A DNA stretch of 43,481 nucleotides from Candidatus Xenobia bacterium (GTDB lineage: Bacteria; Vulcanimicrobiota; Xenobia; Xenobiales; QWHO01): contig BTUM01000068.1 of assembly GCA_045863235.1 (NCBI GenBank), positions 1-43,481 of the forward strand, in the 5' to 3' direction. The position numbers were made by a program, and so were the translations under genes. Every line of letters starts with the position of its first letter. Within the stretch, counting starts at the first letter, position 1. Shown here piece by piece: positions 27,283-37,251 of this stretch. The notes below the pieces were generated by a model that was not told the origin of the DNA, ran no database searches, and saw only the letters and a list, made by a program, of their open reading frames with translations.

Positions 27283-28889
27283 ATGCGGAACACGCTCTGG
27301 GCCCGGGGCGGGAAGGGCGCGCGCAGCGAGGCCGCGATGCCCAGCGCCAGGGCCCGGCGCGTGTCCACCGGGTCGAGGATGCCGTCGTCCCAGAGGCGAG
27401 CGGTCGAGTAATAGGGAGAGCCTTCGTGCTCGTATTTCTCGAGGGTGGGGCGCTTGAACTCCTCGGCCTGCTCAGCCGTCATGGCGGGCTCGCCGCGCGC
27501 GGCGAGCTGGTCTTGCTTGACCGTCAGCAGCACCCCGGCGGCCTGCTCGCCCCCCATGACCGAGATGCGGGCGCTGGGCCACATCCAGAGCATCCTGGGT
27601 GAGTAGGCCCGGCCACACATGCCGTAGTTGCCGGCCCCGAACGAGCCTCCGATGATCACCGTGAACTTGGGCACGCAGGCGTTGGCCACGGCCGCCACCA
27701 TCTTGGCGCCGTCCTTGGCGATGCCCCGGTTCTCGTAGTCGCGGCCCACCATGAAACCGGTGATGTTCTGCAGGAAGATCAAAGGAATGCCGCGCTGGCT
27801 GCAAAGCTCGATGAAGTGGGTGGCCTTGAGGGCGCTCTCGGAGAAGAGCACCCCGTTGTTGGCCACGATGCCGACCGGATAGCCCCACAGGTGAGCAAAG
27901 CCGGTCACCAGGGTGGTGCCGTAGAGGGCTTTGAACTCCTGAAAGCGGCTGTTGTCCACCAGCCGGGCGATGATCTCGCGCACCTCGAAGGGCTTTCGGC
28001 GGTCCTGAGGCATGATGCCGTAGAGCTCTTGCGGATCGTAGGCCGGCTCGGCCGGCTCGCGCCGGTCGATGCTCTGGGTGAAGGTGCGATTGAGCATGGA
28101 GACGATGCCCCGGGCCATCTCCAGCGCCTCCTGGTCGTTGTGGGCGTAGTGGTCGGTGACGCCGGAGACGCGCGAGTGCACGTCGGCTCCGCCCAGGTCC
28201 TCGGCCGAGACGTCCTCGCCCGTGGCCGCCTTGACCAGCGGGGGGCCGCCCAGAAAGATGGTGCCCTGGTTGCGCACGATGACGGTCTCGTCGCTCATGG
28301 CCGGCACGTAGGCCCCACCTGCCGTGCACGAGCCCATCACCACGGCGATCTGGGGGATCTTCTGGGCGGACAGGCGAGCCTGGTTGTAAAAGATGCGCCC
28401 GAAGTGCTCGCGGTCGGGGAAGACCTCGGCCTGAAGCGGCAGGAAGGCTCCCCCCGAGTCCACCAGGTAGATGCAGGGGAGATGGTTCTCCAGGGCGATC
28501 TCCTGAGCGCGCAGGTGCTTCTTGACCGTGATGGGGAAGTAGGTGCCGCCCTTCACGGTGGCGTCGTTGGCCACGATCATGCACTCGGTGCCGCTGACCT
28601 TGCCGATGCCGGTCAGAACGCCGGCGGCCGGAGCGGCGCCCTCGTACATTTCCCAGCCGGCAAGTTGGGAGAGCTCGAGGAAGGGGCTGTCGGGGTCGAG
28701 CAGGCGGGCGATGCGGTCGCGCACGAACAGCTTGCCGCGCGAGCAGTGCAGCTCCACGGCCCGCTGGCCGCCTCCCAGGCGCACGCGCTCCTGGCGCTCC
28801 TTGAGCTCTTGCACGGCCGAGAGCATGAAGTCGCGGTTGGCCCGGAATTCGGCCGAGCCGGGATCGATCTGGGTGGGCAGGATGACCAT
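27279..28889 (-). CDS. liuB: Methylcrotonyl-CoA carboxylase carboxyltransferase (beta) subunit
   Basis: [82 protein letters not shown]; start ATG 28889. Confidence 0.94.
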   Translation of the reverse strand: MVILPTQIDPGSAEFRANRDFMLSAVQELKERQERVRLGGGQRAVELHCSRGKLFVRDRIARLLDPDSPFLELSQLAGWEMYEGAAPAAGVLTGIGKVSGTECMIVANDATVKGGTYFPITVKKHLRAQEIALENHLPCIYLVDSGGAFLPLQAEVFPDREHFGRIFYNQARLSAQKIPQIAVVMGSCTAGGAYVPAMSDETVIVRNQGTIFLGGPPLVKAATGEDVSAEDLGGADVHSRVSGVTDHYAHNDQEALEMARGIVSMLNRTFTQSIDRREPAEPAYDPQELYGIMPQDRRKPFEVREIIARLVDNSRFQEFKALYGTTLVTGFAHLWGYPVGIVANNGVLFSESALKATHFIELCSQRGIPLIFLQNITGFMVGRDYENRGIAKDGAKMVAAVANACVPKFTVIIGGSFGAGNYGMCGRAYSPRMLWMWPSARISVMGGEQAAGVLLTVKQDQLAARGEPAMTAEQAEEFKRPTLEKYEHEGSPYYSTARLWDDGILDPVDTRRALALGIAASLRAPFPPRAQSVFRM

Positions 28890-28898
28890 GAGAGGGCG

Positions 28899-28936
28899 CT
28901 TATACCACGAGAGGCCTGCCAGCCCCTCCATAGAAT
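28899..28936. promoter_or_regulatory. Divergent -10 elements between liuB and the lipoprotein gene
   Basis: Minus strand TGGTATAAG lies 9 nt before the liuB ATG with no SD. Plus strand TAGAAT (28931-36) lies upstream of SD GAGGAGG and ATG 28970. Confidence 0.4.
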
Positions 28937-28969
28937 GCTCCTCTCAACCATCTCGAGGAGGACCATCTT

Positions 28970-29506
28970 ATGCGCGCACTCACCCTCTGCCTTCTGGCCT
29001 GCCTGCTGGTGGGCTGCGGCGATCCCGGCCCCCAGGTGCGCGCCTACACGGCCGCCACCGATAAGCCCCTGTCCGAGTATGTGGACCTGATGGGGGAGTA
29101 CGCTCACCTGAGCAACCAGGTGAAAGAGCGCATGGACAAGGTGGCCATGACCCCGGAGCTGGCCGCCCGCATGGCCGAGGACCTCGAGGTCCCTCTCGAC
29201 GTCTTGAGCAAGCGTTATGACGGCATCCTGGCCGAGTTGCGCAAGGCCCCTCCCGCGCCCAAGCAGGCTGCCGACTACCAGAAGTCGGTGGAAGACATGT
29301 TCTTGATGATGGGCAAGATGCTCGGCAACTACAAGGAGCTGGCCCTGGAGATGAAAAAGGGCCGAAGCGCCGACGTCAACAAGATGGCCAAGCTGAGCCG
29401 GGAGATGGAGAGCTACTCGGCGGCCGCCACGCAGGCCAGGCAGGACGCCCAGAAGCAGCGCCAGGAGCTGGACGCGAAGTATCCGGCTCAGTCCCAGGGC
29501 GAGTAA
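28970..29506 (+). CDS. Hypothetical alpha-helical lipoprotein
   Basis: Strong SD GAGGAGG; signal MRALTLCLLACLLVG-C lipobox; helical, Met/Lys/Glu-rich mature part. Confidence 0.8.
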   Translation: MRALTLCLLACLLVGCGDPGPQVRAYTAATDKPLSEYVDLMGEYAHLSNQVKERMDKVAMTPELAARMAEDLEVPLDVLSKRYDGILAELRKAPPAPKQAADYQKSVEDMFLMMGKMLGNYKELALEMKKGRSADVNKMAKLSREMESYSAAATQARQDAQKQRQELDAKYPAQSQGE

Positions 29507-30936
29507 AAGAACTCGTGCTGCCAGTCCTTCCAGATGCGCCGATCCCAGGCTTCGAAGCGCTCGTAGCCCCGGCCGTCCACCCACGTGATCTCGACGCGCA
29601 CCCGTGAGCCCAGGCGGGCATCTCCCCAGTCGACCAGACGGCTGGGGGCGTCCAGGTAGTAGTTCTCGGTCGCGCGTCGGTGGTAATCGCCCACCTCCCA
29701 GATCCGCACGCGCCGCACCCAGAATCGGCGGCCCTCCAACTGGAAGGGATAGACGGTCACGAAGAGGCGGGCCTTGCGCTCCGGGGGAGGCTTGATCCAG
29801 GTGAGGGTAGTCAAGAGCCGCGCCAGCTTGCCCGGGGTGATCGCGACCTGGCCCGAGCCGGGTCGAAAGCCCTCCTTCTCGACCGTGACCGGGTAGGCTC
29901 CGGTGGGCAGGTGAGCCAGGTAGAAGCGGCCGTCCGGGCCGGTCAGGGCCTGTCTGCCGCCCAGCTCCACCCTGGCCCCGGGCAGGGGCTGTCCATCGGG
30001 ATCCTCGACCTGGCCCATGAGCAGGCCCTCGTTGAGCGGATCGGGTGCGTCCACCCTCAGGCTGACCGGAGCCAGCGGCCGGGTCCCCTGATAGGGAACC
30101 AGCTGGCCGGTGGTGGCCCAGTCGGGCAGGCGCACGGTCATTTCTTGCGCCCCCCGGCTCAAGATGTCGACGTCCGGAATAGGCAGGCCCTGAAGGGTGA
30201 GGCCATCCACCCGGTCGAGCTCGGAGCCGGTGAGGGTGATCATCTGGCCAGGGCGGGCGGGCTGGTCGCTGACCGAGCTCACCCGGGGGGCCGTCTGACT
30301 CCCCTCCCAGCGCAGCTCCAAAGCCTGGTAGCAGTAAACCCAGAGGGCCTGGCCGGGGCGCAGGACGCCGCCCCGAGCGAGATCCACCTCCGAGAGGGCG
30401 AAGGCGCCGGTGACCTGGTAGGCCGGCGAGGCCAGCCAGGGGTCCTGAGGATCACCCGCGGCCTGAGCGACCGTGCGCACGGGCCCCGGATCCGCCAGGG
30501 TCAGGCTCAGGTGAGCCAGCTCCAGCGGCTCCGGGCTCGGGCAGCCCAGCAGATTCCAACCCTTAAAGAGCGTGCTGCTGCGGGGCGTGGTGGCGCGCTC
30601 GCCCCAGTAGACCAGTTGCACGGGCCGCGGACTGTAGGCCCAGTAGCCCAGCGAGGTATCCAGCCCCTCCAACTCGCTCACCGCCACGCAACCCTCGGGG
30701 GTCTGGCGATAGAGGCAAAAAGACAGCCCCTGCAGGCCGGCCAGACGGGCCAGCGGAAACGAGAGCGCGGTCCAGCCCGACTCAAGCTGGAGACGAGCGG
30801 CCCCGGGTGGAGGATTGCGCGCCGGCAGGGCCAGGGGGGGCGGCGGCGAGAGCGGCGGCTGCGGCACCGGAGGCGCAACCGCAGCCGTGGCCAGCGCCCA
30901 CAGGCCCAGCAGGAGGAGAAGGGCTCGACGGATCAC
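29488..30936 (-). CDS. Secreted protein with IPT/TIG and carboxypeptidase-regulatory-like domains
   Basis: Signal peptide; paired L..GW..L..P repeats (LESGWTALSFP, LFKGWNLLGCP); IPT pattern PRVSSVS...PGQMITLTGSEL...MTVRLP..ATTG; GQVEDPDGQPLPGARV...TGPDGRFYL..LPTGAYPVTVEKEGF. Confidence 0.75.
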   Translation of the reverse strand: MIRRALLLLLGLWALATAAVAPPVPQPPLSPPPPLALPARNPPPGAARLQLESGWTALSFPLARLAGLQGLSFCLYRQTPEGCVAVSELEGLDTSLGYWAYSPRPVQLVYWGERATTPRSSTLFKGWNLLGCPSPEPLELAHLSLTLADPGPVRTVAQAAGDPQDPWLASPAYQVTGAFALSEVDLARGGVLRPGQALWVYCYQALELRWEGSQTAPRVSSVSDQPARPGQMITLTGSELDRVDGLTLQGLPIPDVDILSRGAQEMTVRLPDWATTGQLVPYQGTRPLAPVSLRVDAPDPLNEGLLMGQVEDPDGQPLPGARVELGGRQALTGPDGRFYLAHLPTGAYPVTVEKEGFRPGSGQVAITPGKLARLLTTLTWIKPPPERKARLFVTVYPFQLEGRRFWVRRVRIWEVGDYHRRATENYYLDAPSRLVDWGDARLGSRVRVEITWVDGRGYERFEAWDRRIWKDWQHEFFYSPWD

Positions 30937-31091
30937 AACAGGTGTTTCCCCCTCGGCCGCTTGCGACCCTGGAACGGGAAAAATGGTCGGCCAGCGGTTT
31001 CTATGCTACCTTCCGTAACGGAGGGCATGTCATACTGCGGTATGGTTACGAAGTTCGCCCGATGGGATAGACTGCTAGGGGAGTGCAAGAG

Positions 31092-31607
31092 ATGAGACAC
31101 AGAAACAAACAACACAGAGGGTTCTCCCTCATCGAGATCCTGATCGCCATCGTGGTGCTGGCTATCGGGATCATGGGGGTTCTGGGAGCGCTCTCGTACG
31201 GCCTACAGGCCAGCGAGAACAGCAGCCGGATGACCAAAGCGACCAATTTCAGCCGGAGATTGCTCGAGCAGATCATCATCAACGGCGCCTGGGATGCCCC
31301 CGGGGTCTTGCGGGGCAGCGAGCCCAGGTTCGATGCAAACGACCCCAGCACCTGGACCCCGGTGGACGCCAGCCCCTACAACGCGCTCTTCAACGACGCG
31401 GGGGACCGGGCGATGTTCTACCGCCAGATCCAGTACATCGCGCCGGGCGCGGCCGACCCCGATGGCGAGGCCGTCCAGGATAAAGTCGTGGCCGGCTCGA
31501 CCTGGGAAGACTTCCGCCTGGCCCGGGTCAAGGTGACCATCACCTTCTTCGACAAGGCTTCCGGCAACCCCAAATCCTACTCTACCTGGGCCTACTGCTC
31601 GCGATGA
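31092..31607 (+). CDS. pilV: Type IV minor pilin, PilV-like
   Basis: Class III signal peptide RHRNKQHRG|FSLIEILIAIVVLAIGIMG (E+5); ATG 31092 with GGGGAG SD. Confidence 0.8.
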   Translation: MRHRNKQHRGFSLIEILIAIVVLAIGIMGVLGALSYGLQASENSSRMTKATNFSRRLLEQIIINGAWDAPGVLRGSEPRFDANDPSTWTPVDASPYNALFNDAGDRAMFYRQIQYIAPGAADPDGEAVQDKVVAGSTWEDFRLARVKVTITFFDKASGNPKSYSTWAYCSR

Positions 31608-32275
31608 GAAGAAAGAGAACGAACGGCTTCACCCTTCCCGAGATCCTGGTCAGCATGGCCATCCTGGCCGTGCTGTCGGTGGCTCTCATCGTCATCTACC
31701 GCTCCGGCCTCACCGAAGCCGAGCACGCCACCGGTCGGATGGCCCTGCAGCAGCAGGCCCGCTTGCTGATGGACAAGATGGTGCCGCTGATCACCACCGC
31801 GGCCCGGGTATCCCAGGATGACGCCACCGACCCGCTGTTCTTCCCGCCGGCCGATCAGGCCGGCTACAATCGAATCGACTGGCGCAGCTCGGTGGACCTG
31901 TTCAACCAGCTGGCCGTCACCGGGGTTGTCGGAGACTTCCGGCGGGTCGTGCAGTATGCCTATCGCATCAGCTGGGACGGAGACTTCTCCGTGCGCCTGC
32001 AAGAGCTCGACATCAACAGCTTGAACCCCACTAACACCGACCCTCGCGTGCTCGCCCAGCACATCGACCAGATGACCTTCACCCGCATCCAGCAGTCCAC
32101 CGTGATCGTAAACATCCGCACCTCCAACCGCGTGGGCGGCGACGTGCACACCGGCGACCTGATGCGCCGCTACGACCTCAGCGCCGACGCCGACAACGTG
32201 AACGGGGGAGACCGTCGGGTGTACGCGCTGGAATCGGCCCTGATCCTGCCGGTTTTCACGGGGATTGATCGTTAA
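31604..32275 (+). CDS. Type IV minor pilin, PilW/GspJ-like
   Basis: MRRKRTNG|FTLPEILVSMAILAVL prepilin motif; sits between the PilV-like and PilX-like genes; ATGA overlap. Confidence 0.8.
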   Translation: MRRKRTNGFTLPEILVSMAILAVLSVALIVIYRSGLTEAEHATGRMALQQQARLLMDKMVPLITTAARVSQDDATDPLFFPPADQAGYNRIDWRSSVDLFNQLAVTGVVGDFRRVVQYAYRISWDGDFSVRLQELDINSLNPTNTDPRVLAQHIDQMTFTRIQQSTVIVNIRTSNRVGGDVHTGDLMRRYDLSADADNVNGGDRRVYALESALILPVFTGIDR

Positions 32276-32314
32276 GTCTTGGTAATGCCCTCAGGAACGA
32301 ACGGAGGTGGTCCC

Positions 32315-35149
32315 ATGAAAAGACCCAGGGGAGCTCATAGAAGGGAACAGCGAGGAAGCGCGCTTTTACTGGCGATCTTCTTCCTGATGCTGCTGTTTTT
32401 GCTAGCATTGGCGCTGTTTCGGGTAGTTCCATCCGAAATGCACTCGGCCGGGCGGTCGCGTCAGGACCTGCAGGCTCATTACGCTTGCAGTCTGGGCACC
32501 AAGCACGCGGTCAAGTGGCTGTCGGCCGTGGTCGACACCAGCGCGCCGAACCCCCCGGACGTCCCGGGCAGCATCGGAAACGGCGCCCAGACCCAGAACG
32601 AGCCGTTTCGCATGGATAAGGCCGCGGCCGACCGCCAGGCCTACTGGAACCCCGGTGGCGACAGCGATAGCGAGACCTACACCACCGACGGCAACCTGGC
32701 CCGCTTCAACGGGTCGACCGGGGCCGACTTCGACGGTGTCAGCTTCGGCGCCAAGCCCTATCTGGTCGTTCGTGACGATCTGCAGGTCGGCAACTGGGCC
32801 GTACGCACCTGGATCTTCCCGGACCGCCAGACCTACCCGATCCCCGAGCGCTTCCCCGGGTTGCTGGTCAACGCCGGGCAGCCCAACGGTGACTCCACCG
32901 TCTCGTTGGCCCTGCGTTACTACACCATCGTGTCCGAGGCCTATCCCTTCGGCGACCCGGACAATTCCCAGCCGCGCATGCGCTCGAAGGTCACCATCGG
33001 CCAGCAGAGCTTCGCTCTTTATGCTCGCTTCGTGGACACCTGGCCGGGCACGACCCCTTACACCGCCACCCTCGGCCAGAAGAGCGTGGACGGGCCCTTC
33101 CACACCAACTCCTACTTCCGTATCCGCCCCGCCAACAACCAGTACTTCAACCCCGGCGCCGCTTGGAACGGCGTGTCCTCGTTCGTCAAGATGACCTACG
33201 CGGGCGCCCCCCAGCAGGGCCAGGCCGACATCGACTGGCCCAACTTCAGCGGCCGCGACGGGGTTGCCTACAAGGGCGGCAACTTCCAGAGCTACGCCAA
33301 CGACTTCCTCCCCTGGGACTCTGGCGGCGCCGACAAGACGAACGCCTACGAGAAGCTGACCGGGGGCCGGGCCAACCTGCAGGGCATCTCGGCCATCAAT
33401 CTGCCCACCACCACCTCCGACCTGCAACTCGCGGCCTGGGGCTTCGATACCCCCAACCCGGTGGCCGGGGCCGAGGGTGGTACCACCGGCATCTTCATCA
33501 AGAACAACGGATCCAGCGCCCAGGGCGGAGTCTACGTCAAGGGTGAGACCCGCGAAGCCGTGCTGGGAGTCGCCAACAACACCGGCGTAGTCAACTTCTC
33601 CGACACCGCGGTCACCCAGACCGGAAACCCGGCCCTGATGATGCAGCAGGACCAGAGGATTACCGCGACGCTGAACCCGCCCAACTACTCGGTGACCAAC
33701 TCCAATTCAGTGGTCAGCGTATCGACCGGACAGACGGTCTACCCGACCAACACCATCACCACCACTACCCCCACCGCTTCCTTCTGGCAGACGGGCACGA
33801 ACAACGTGGCCACCGCCTGGTCGCAGTCGGTCAGGTCCTCGACCCAGATCCTTTATTCAGTCTCGACCCAGTACAACTACTCGACCCAGGTCGTGGCCGG
33901 CGGCGGCGGGTTCGGCGAGGACGTCACCCAGACGTTCACCCAGACCACCTACCACTCCACCTCCACCGGTCAGAACGTGATCAACACGACCACGAACGTG
34001 CCCACGGGCTGGAGCCAGTCGGTCTACTCCAACTTCGTGACCGCTTACTCGAGCAACTACAGCACCCAGTACACCACCCAGGCGCTCTATTCGACGAGCA
34101 CGACGGTGACGCCGATCACCAACACCATCACCTCCAGCCGTTACTACCCGACCGACCGGGTGATCGAAGTGAACACCACCCCGATGAACCTGCCGGTGAC
34201 GTTCAGCGGCAAGGTGCTGGCTCAGAACGGCGTGCCTATCAGCGCCCCTCTCAACGTGGGAACGGGCAGCGTGGTGGTCATCAAGGACAGTCGCACCAAC
34301 GGCCAGCAAGCCGAGGTTCAGATCCTGGCAGGCACGCTCAATGGCGTGGTTTACTCCGAGGACAACATCCATAACCTGCACGGGGTGAACAAAGGAAAGC
34401 GCACCATCGCCACCCCGCTGGGCGACCCGGGCTTGAGCACCGGCAAGAACATCTCCATCGGCGTGCCGGTCGCGGAACGGGAAAATGGCATCAACTATGG
34501 CTCTTTCAAGTATCCCAACGACGCCAGTTCGAGTTCCAGCACCAACCGGCGACGAACCATCAACAGCACCAACGGCAGCAGCTCCGACGACGACCGGGCC
34601 GACCTGCTGCAGTGGGGCACCACCCCGGGCACCGAGCCCACCTCGGGCGGCAACGCTCTGGGCCTGGTCTCCCAGCGGGTGGGCCTCAATATCCACCGCG
34701 AAGACCTCAACAACGTCTACCGCAATAACCCGAACGTCAACTACAGCTCGGCCGGTCGCCCGCCGCTGCGCATCTACGCAGTGATCCTGGCGGGCCGCGG
34801 CGGGGCCGACGACGACTCGGGCAATGCCAACAACCAGAAGGGCGGGTTCCGCATCTTCAACCTGAACAACACCACCGACATGCAGAACCTGCGAGACGGC
34901 AAGGACACCGTGTCGGGGAGCCAGTACGGCTACTTCAAGCTCTTCGGCGGTCTGATCGAGCGGCGCGGCGCGGCCAACTGGCAGGTGCCGGGCGGCTCGA
35001 GCAACCCGCAGGGCTGGGACGTGCAGATGGCTTACGACGAGTGGGCCTCCAAGGTGCCCCCTCCGTTCTTCCCGACCACCTCCAACTTCTCGGCCCAGCT
35101 CTACATGGAAGAGTACCCGTCGGCGACCTACCAGACCAACGGCCAGTAG
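32315..35149 (+). CDS. Large PilX/GspK-type minor pilin (944 aa), probable tip adhesin
   Basis: GGAGGT SD; EQRG|SALLLAIFFLMLL (no E+5, typical of PilX/GspK); QAHYACSLG; GPFHTN and YD...PPFFPTT motifs recall DUF4900-type proteins (unverified). Confidence 0.8.
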   Translation: MKRPRGAHRREQRGSALLLAIFFLMLLFLLALALFRVVPSEMHSAGRSRQDLQAHYACSLGTKHAVKWLSAVVDTSAPNPPDVPGSIGNGAQTQNEPFRMDKAAADRQAYWNPGGDSDSETYTTDGNLARFNGSTGADFDGVSFGAKPYLVVRDDLQVGNWAVRTWIFPDRQTYPIPERFPGLLVNAGQPNGDSTVSLALRYYTIVSEAYPFGDPDNSQPRMRSKVTIGQQSFALYARFVDTWPGTTPYTATLGQKSVDGPFHTNSYFRIRPANNQYFNPGAAWNGVSSFVKMTYAGAPQQGQADIDWPNFSGRDGVAYKGGNFQSYANDFLPWDSGGADKTNAYEKLTGGRANLQGISAINLPTTTSDLQLAAWGFDTPNPVAGAEGGTTGIFIKNNGSSAQGGVYVKGETREAVLGVANNTGVVNFSDTAVTQTGNPALMMQQDQRITATLNPPNYSVTNSNSVVSVSTGQTVYPTNTITTTTPTASFWQTGTNNVATAWSQSVRSSTQILYSVSTQYNYSTQVVAGGGGFGEDVTQTFTQTTYHSTSTGQNVINTTTNVPTGWSQSVYSNFVTAYSSNYSTQYTTQALYSTSTTVTPITNTITSSRYYPTDRVIEVNTTPMNLPVTFSGKVLAQNGVPISAPLNVGTGSVVVIKDSRTNGQQAEVQILAGTLNGVVYSEDNIHNLHGVNKGKRTIATPLGDPGLSTGKNISIGVPVAERENGINYGSFKYPNDASSSSSTNRRRTINSTNGSSSDDDRADLLQWGTTPGTEPTSGGNALGLVSQRVGLNIHREDLNNVYRNNPNVNYSSAGRPPLRIYAVILAGRGGADDDSGNANNQKGGFRIFNLNNTTDMQNLRDGKDTVSGSQYGYFKLFGGLIERRGAANWQVPGGSSNPQGWDVQMAYDEWASKVPPPFFPTTSNFSAQLYMEEYPSATYQTNGQ

Positions 35150-35170
35150 CCCACCCGGGCTGCAGGCGAG

Positions 35171-35200
35171 AAGCCCCGCTCCGGCGGGGCTTTTTTCTTT
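35171..35200 (+). terminator. Rho-independent terminator of the pilin operon
   Basis: aagccccgc-tccg-gcggggctt stem followed by ttttcttt, 21 nt after the stop codon. Confidence 0.9.
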
Positions 35201-35240
35201 GCCGGAAGGAAGCCGGGCCGGCCGGACCCAATGCATTAAG

Positions 35241-37241
35241 GTGCGCTCTGATCGCTACTGGGTCCGACTGGGTTTCTTGACCTTCCTGATCCACTTCGTC
35301 ATCTTCGTTCCCAGCGTGGCCCCCTCGATTCCCGGCGGGCACGACAGCGGCGAGATGATGTCCAACTGCATCGTGCTGGGCATCGGGCATCCCCCTGGCT
35401 ATCCCCTCTACACGATGCTGGGCCACCTGTGGAGCTATCTGCCCATCGGCGAGGTGGGCTACCGCATCAACCTGTACTCGGCTTTTTCGCTATCTCTGGC
35501 GGTGGGCTGCCTGAGCGTGGCCTTCGGCCGGGCCGCCCGGGCCCCCGCCGCCGGGGTGACGGCGGCCCTGTTGTTCGGCTTCTCCTACACCCCCTGGCGC
35601 CAGGGGGTGGGGGCCGAGGTCTTCGCCCTGCACATCTTCTTCGTCAGCGCCCTGCTGCTCGGCTGCATCCTGTGGCGGGACGCCAGCGACGCCGGGCGCA
35701 AAAAGGTCATCTACTTCGGCTTTGCCGTCTTCGGGCTGGCGGCGGCCCACCATCACACCATCATCTTCATGGTGCCGGGCTGCTTCATCTGGTTCATCCT
35801 GGCCCGCCAGGGCCGGGCCTGGGGCCTGACCTGGACGGCGCTGGCCCTGACCCTGGTCCTGGGACTGGCCCCTTACAGCTACCTCTACTTCCGGGCCAAA
35901 CAAAATGGCCCCCTCAACTGGGGCAATCCAAGCACCTACAAGCTCTTCATGGACCACGTGCTGCGTAAAGGCTACGGAACCGGCCGCCTGAACCCGGCCT
36001 CGGGCACCGTCAAGCGCGGGGGGGGGGCCCAGGCCATCGGCTTTTTCGCCTCGCTGGTGCGCAACCAGTTCCCCTTCCCTCTCATCTTGATCGCCGTGGG
36101 CGGGGTCCTCCTCGCGCTCCGTCAGCCCCCCCTGCTGTGGCTCTACGGCTGGACCTTTTTCATCAACGGGCCGGGTTTCGCGCTCTACTCCGATCAGCCC
36201 CCGGTCGAGTTCTTCATGGACATGGTGGAGCGTTTCTACTGCATCTCCTACATGGGGGTGGCCGGCTTCATCAGCCTGGGCCTGGCCTGGCTCGAGGCCG
36301 AGTGGCGGGCGGGCAAGTGGGCTCGCTTCGTCTGGCTGATGCCCTTGCTGGCCCTCTACTCCATCTTGATGAACTGGAACGCCTGCTCGCAGCGCGGCCA
36401 GTACCAGCCCTACGACCACATGGCCGCCATCTGCCGCTACCTGCCGCCCAACGCCGTGGTGCTGCTCGACGGCGATCTCCCCGCCGGCGAATGGGACTAC
36501 CTGCACGTGGTCCAGGGCCAGCGTCCGGACGTGCTCGGGGTGTTTCCGGGCCTGATGGGGGCGCCCTGGTATCGCGAGATGTGGATGCGCGACGGACTGG
36601 GCGAAGCCACCGAGAAACGCTACCAGGAAGCCCTCAAGACCGCCAAGAAGCCGTCCGAGCTCAAGCACACCCAGTTCCTGCTCGACGAATGCCGCGCGCG
36701 CAACATTCCCGTCTACACCACCTCGAAGTTCGGCGAGGCCCCGGAGGGGCACTACCTGCTCGAGGGCCTGGTGTTCCGCTACCTGAACAAGGACGAGACG
36801 CCCCCCACCGCCGACGAGCGTGCCGAAAAGGCCCGCGAGGTGCTCGCGTTCCTCGATTCGTGCCAGCGGCGCGGCAACTATCGCATGGACATCCGGCTCC
36901 AGCCCTTCTGGCTTCGCTACGTGATCGGCAACTGGGTGCGCGCCTACCGGGGGGTGGCCAGCGACCTCTATCCCAAGTATCCCGAGCTGGCCGAGCAGGC
37001 CCTGCGCACGGCCATGGAGATGGATCCCTATAGCGGCAAGGATCTCGTCAACCTGGCCCTGCTGCGCATGGACGAGCAAAAGTGGGCCGAGGCCGAGAAG
37101 CTCCTCGACGAGGCTCTCTTGCTCGAGCCCGAGATGCCCCTGGCCCTGGCCGCCAAGGTGGACCTGTATCGCAGCCAGGGCAAGCTGGAGGAGGCGGCCA
37201 GTTGGAACGAGCGTCTGGAGGAGCGCAAGAAGAGGTTGTAA
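35241..37241 (+). CDS. DUF2723 / TMEM260-like GT-C protein O-glycosyltransferase with C-terminal TPR
   Basis: GHDSGE, LGIGHPPGYPLYTMLG, YRINL.SA, AEVFALH, AHHHT, LNWGNP, VLRKGYG, ERFY; many TMs; terminal TPR. Start taken at GTG 35241 because the track TTG lies inside the terminator U-tract. Confidence 0.85.
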   Translation: MRSDRYWVRLGFLTFLIHFVIFVPSVAPSIPGGHDSGEMMSNCIVLGIGHPPGYPLYTMLGHLWSYLPIGEVGYRINLYSAFSLSLAVGCLSVAFGRAARAPAAGVTAALLFGFSYTPWRQGVGAEVFALHIFFVSALLLGCILWRDASDAGRKKVIYFGFAVFGLAAAHHHTIIFMVPGCFIWFILARQGRAWGLTWTALALTLVLGLAPYSYLYFRAKQNGPLNWGNPSTYKLFMDHVLRKGYGTGRLNPASGTVKRGGGAQAIGFFASLVRNQFPFPLILIAVGGVLLALRQPPLLWLYGWTFFINGPGFALYSDQPPVEFFMDMVERFYCISYMGVAGFISLGLAWLEAEWRAGKWARFVWLMPLLALYSILMNWNACSQRGQYQPYDHMAAICRYLPPNAVVLLDGDLPAGEWDYLHVVQGQRPDVLGVFPGLMGAPWYREMWMRDGLGEATEKRYQEALKTAKKPSELKHTQFLLDECRARNIPVYTTSKFGEAPEGHYLLEGLVFRYLNKDETPPTADERAEKAREVLAFLDSCQRRGNYRMDIRLQPFWLRYVIGNWVRAYRGVASDLYPKYPELAEQALRTAMEMDPYSGKDLVNLALLRMDEQKWAEAEKLLDEALLLEPEMPLALAAKVDLYRSQGKLEEAASWNERLEERKKRL

Positions 37242-37251
37242 CGCGCGTTCA

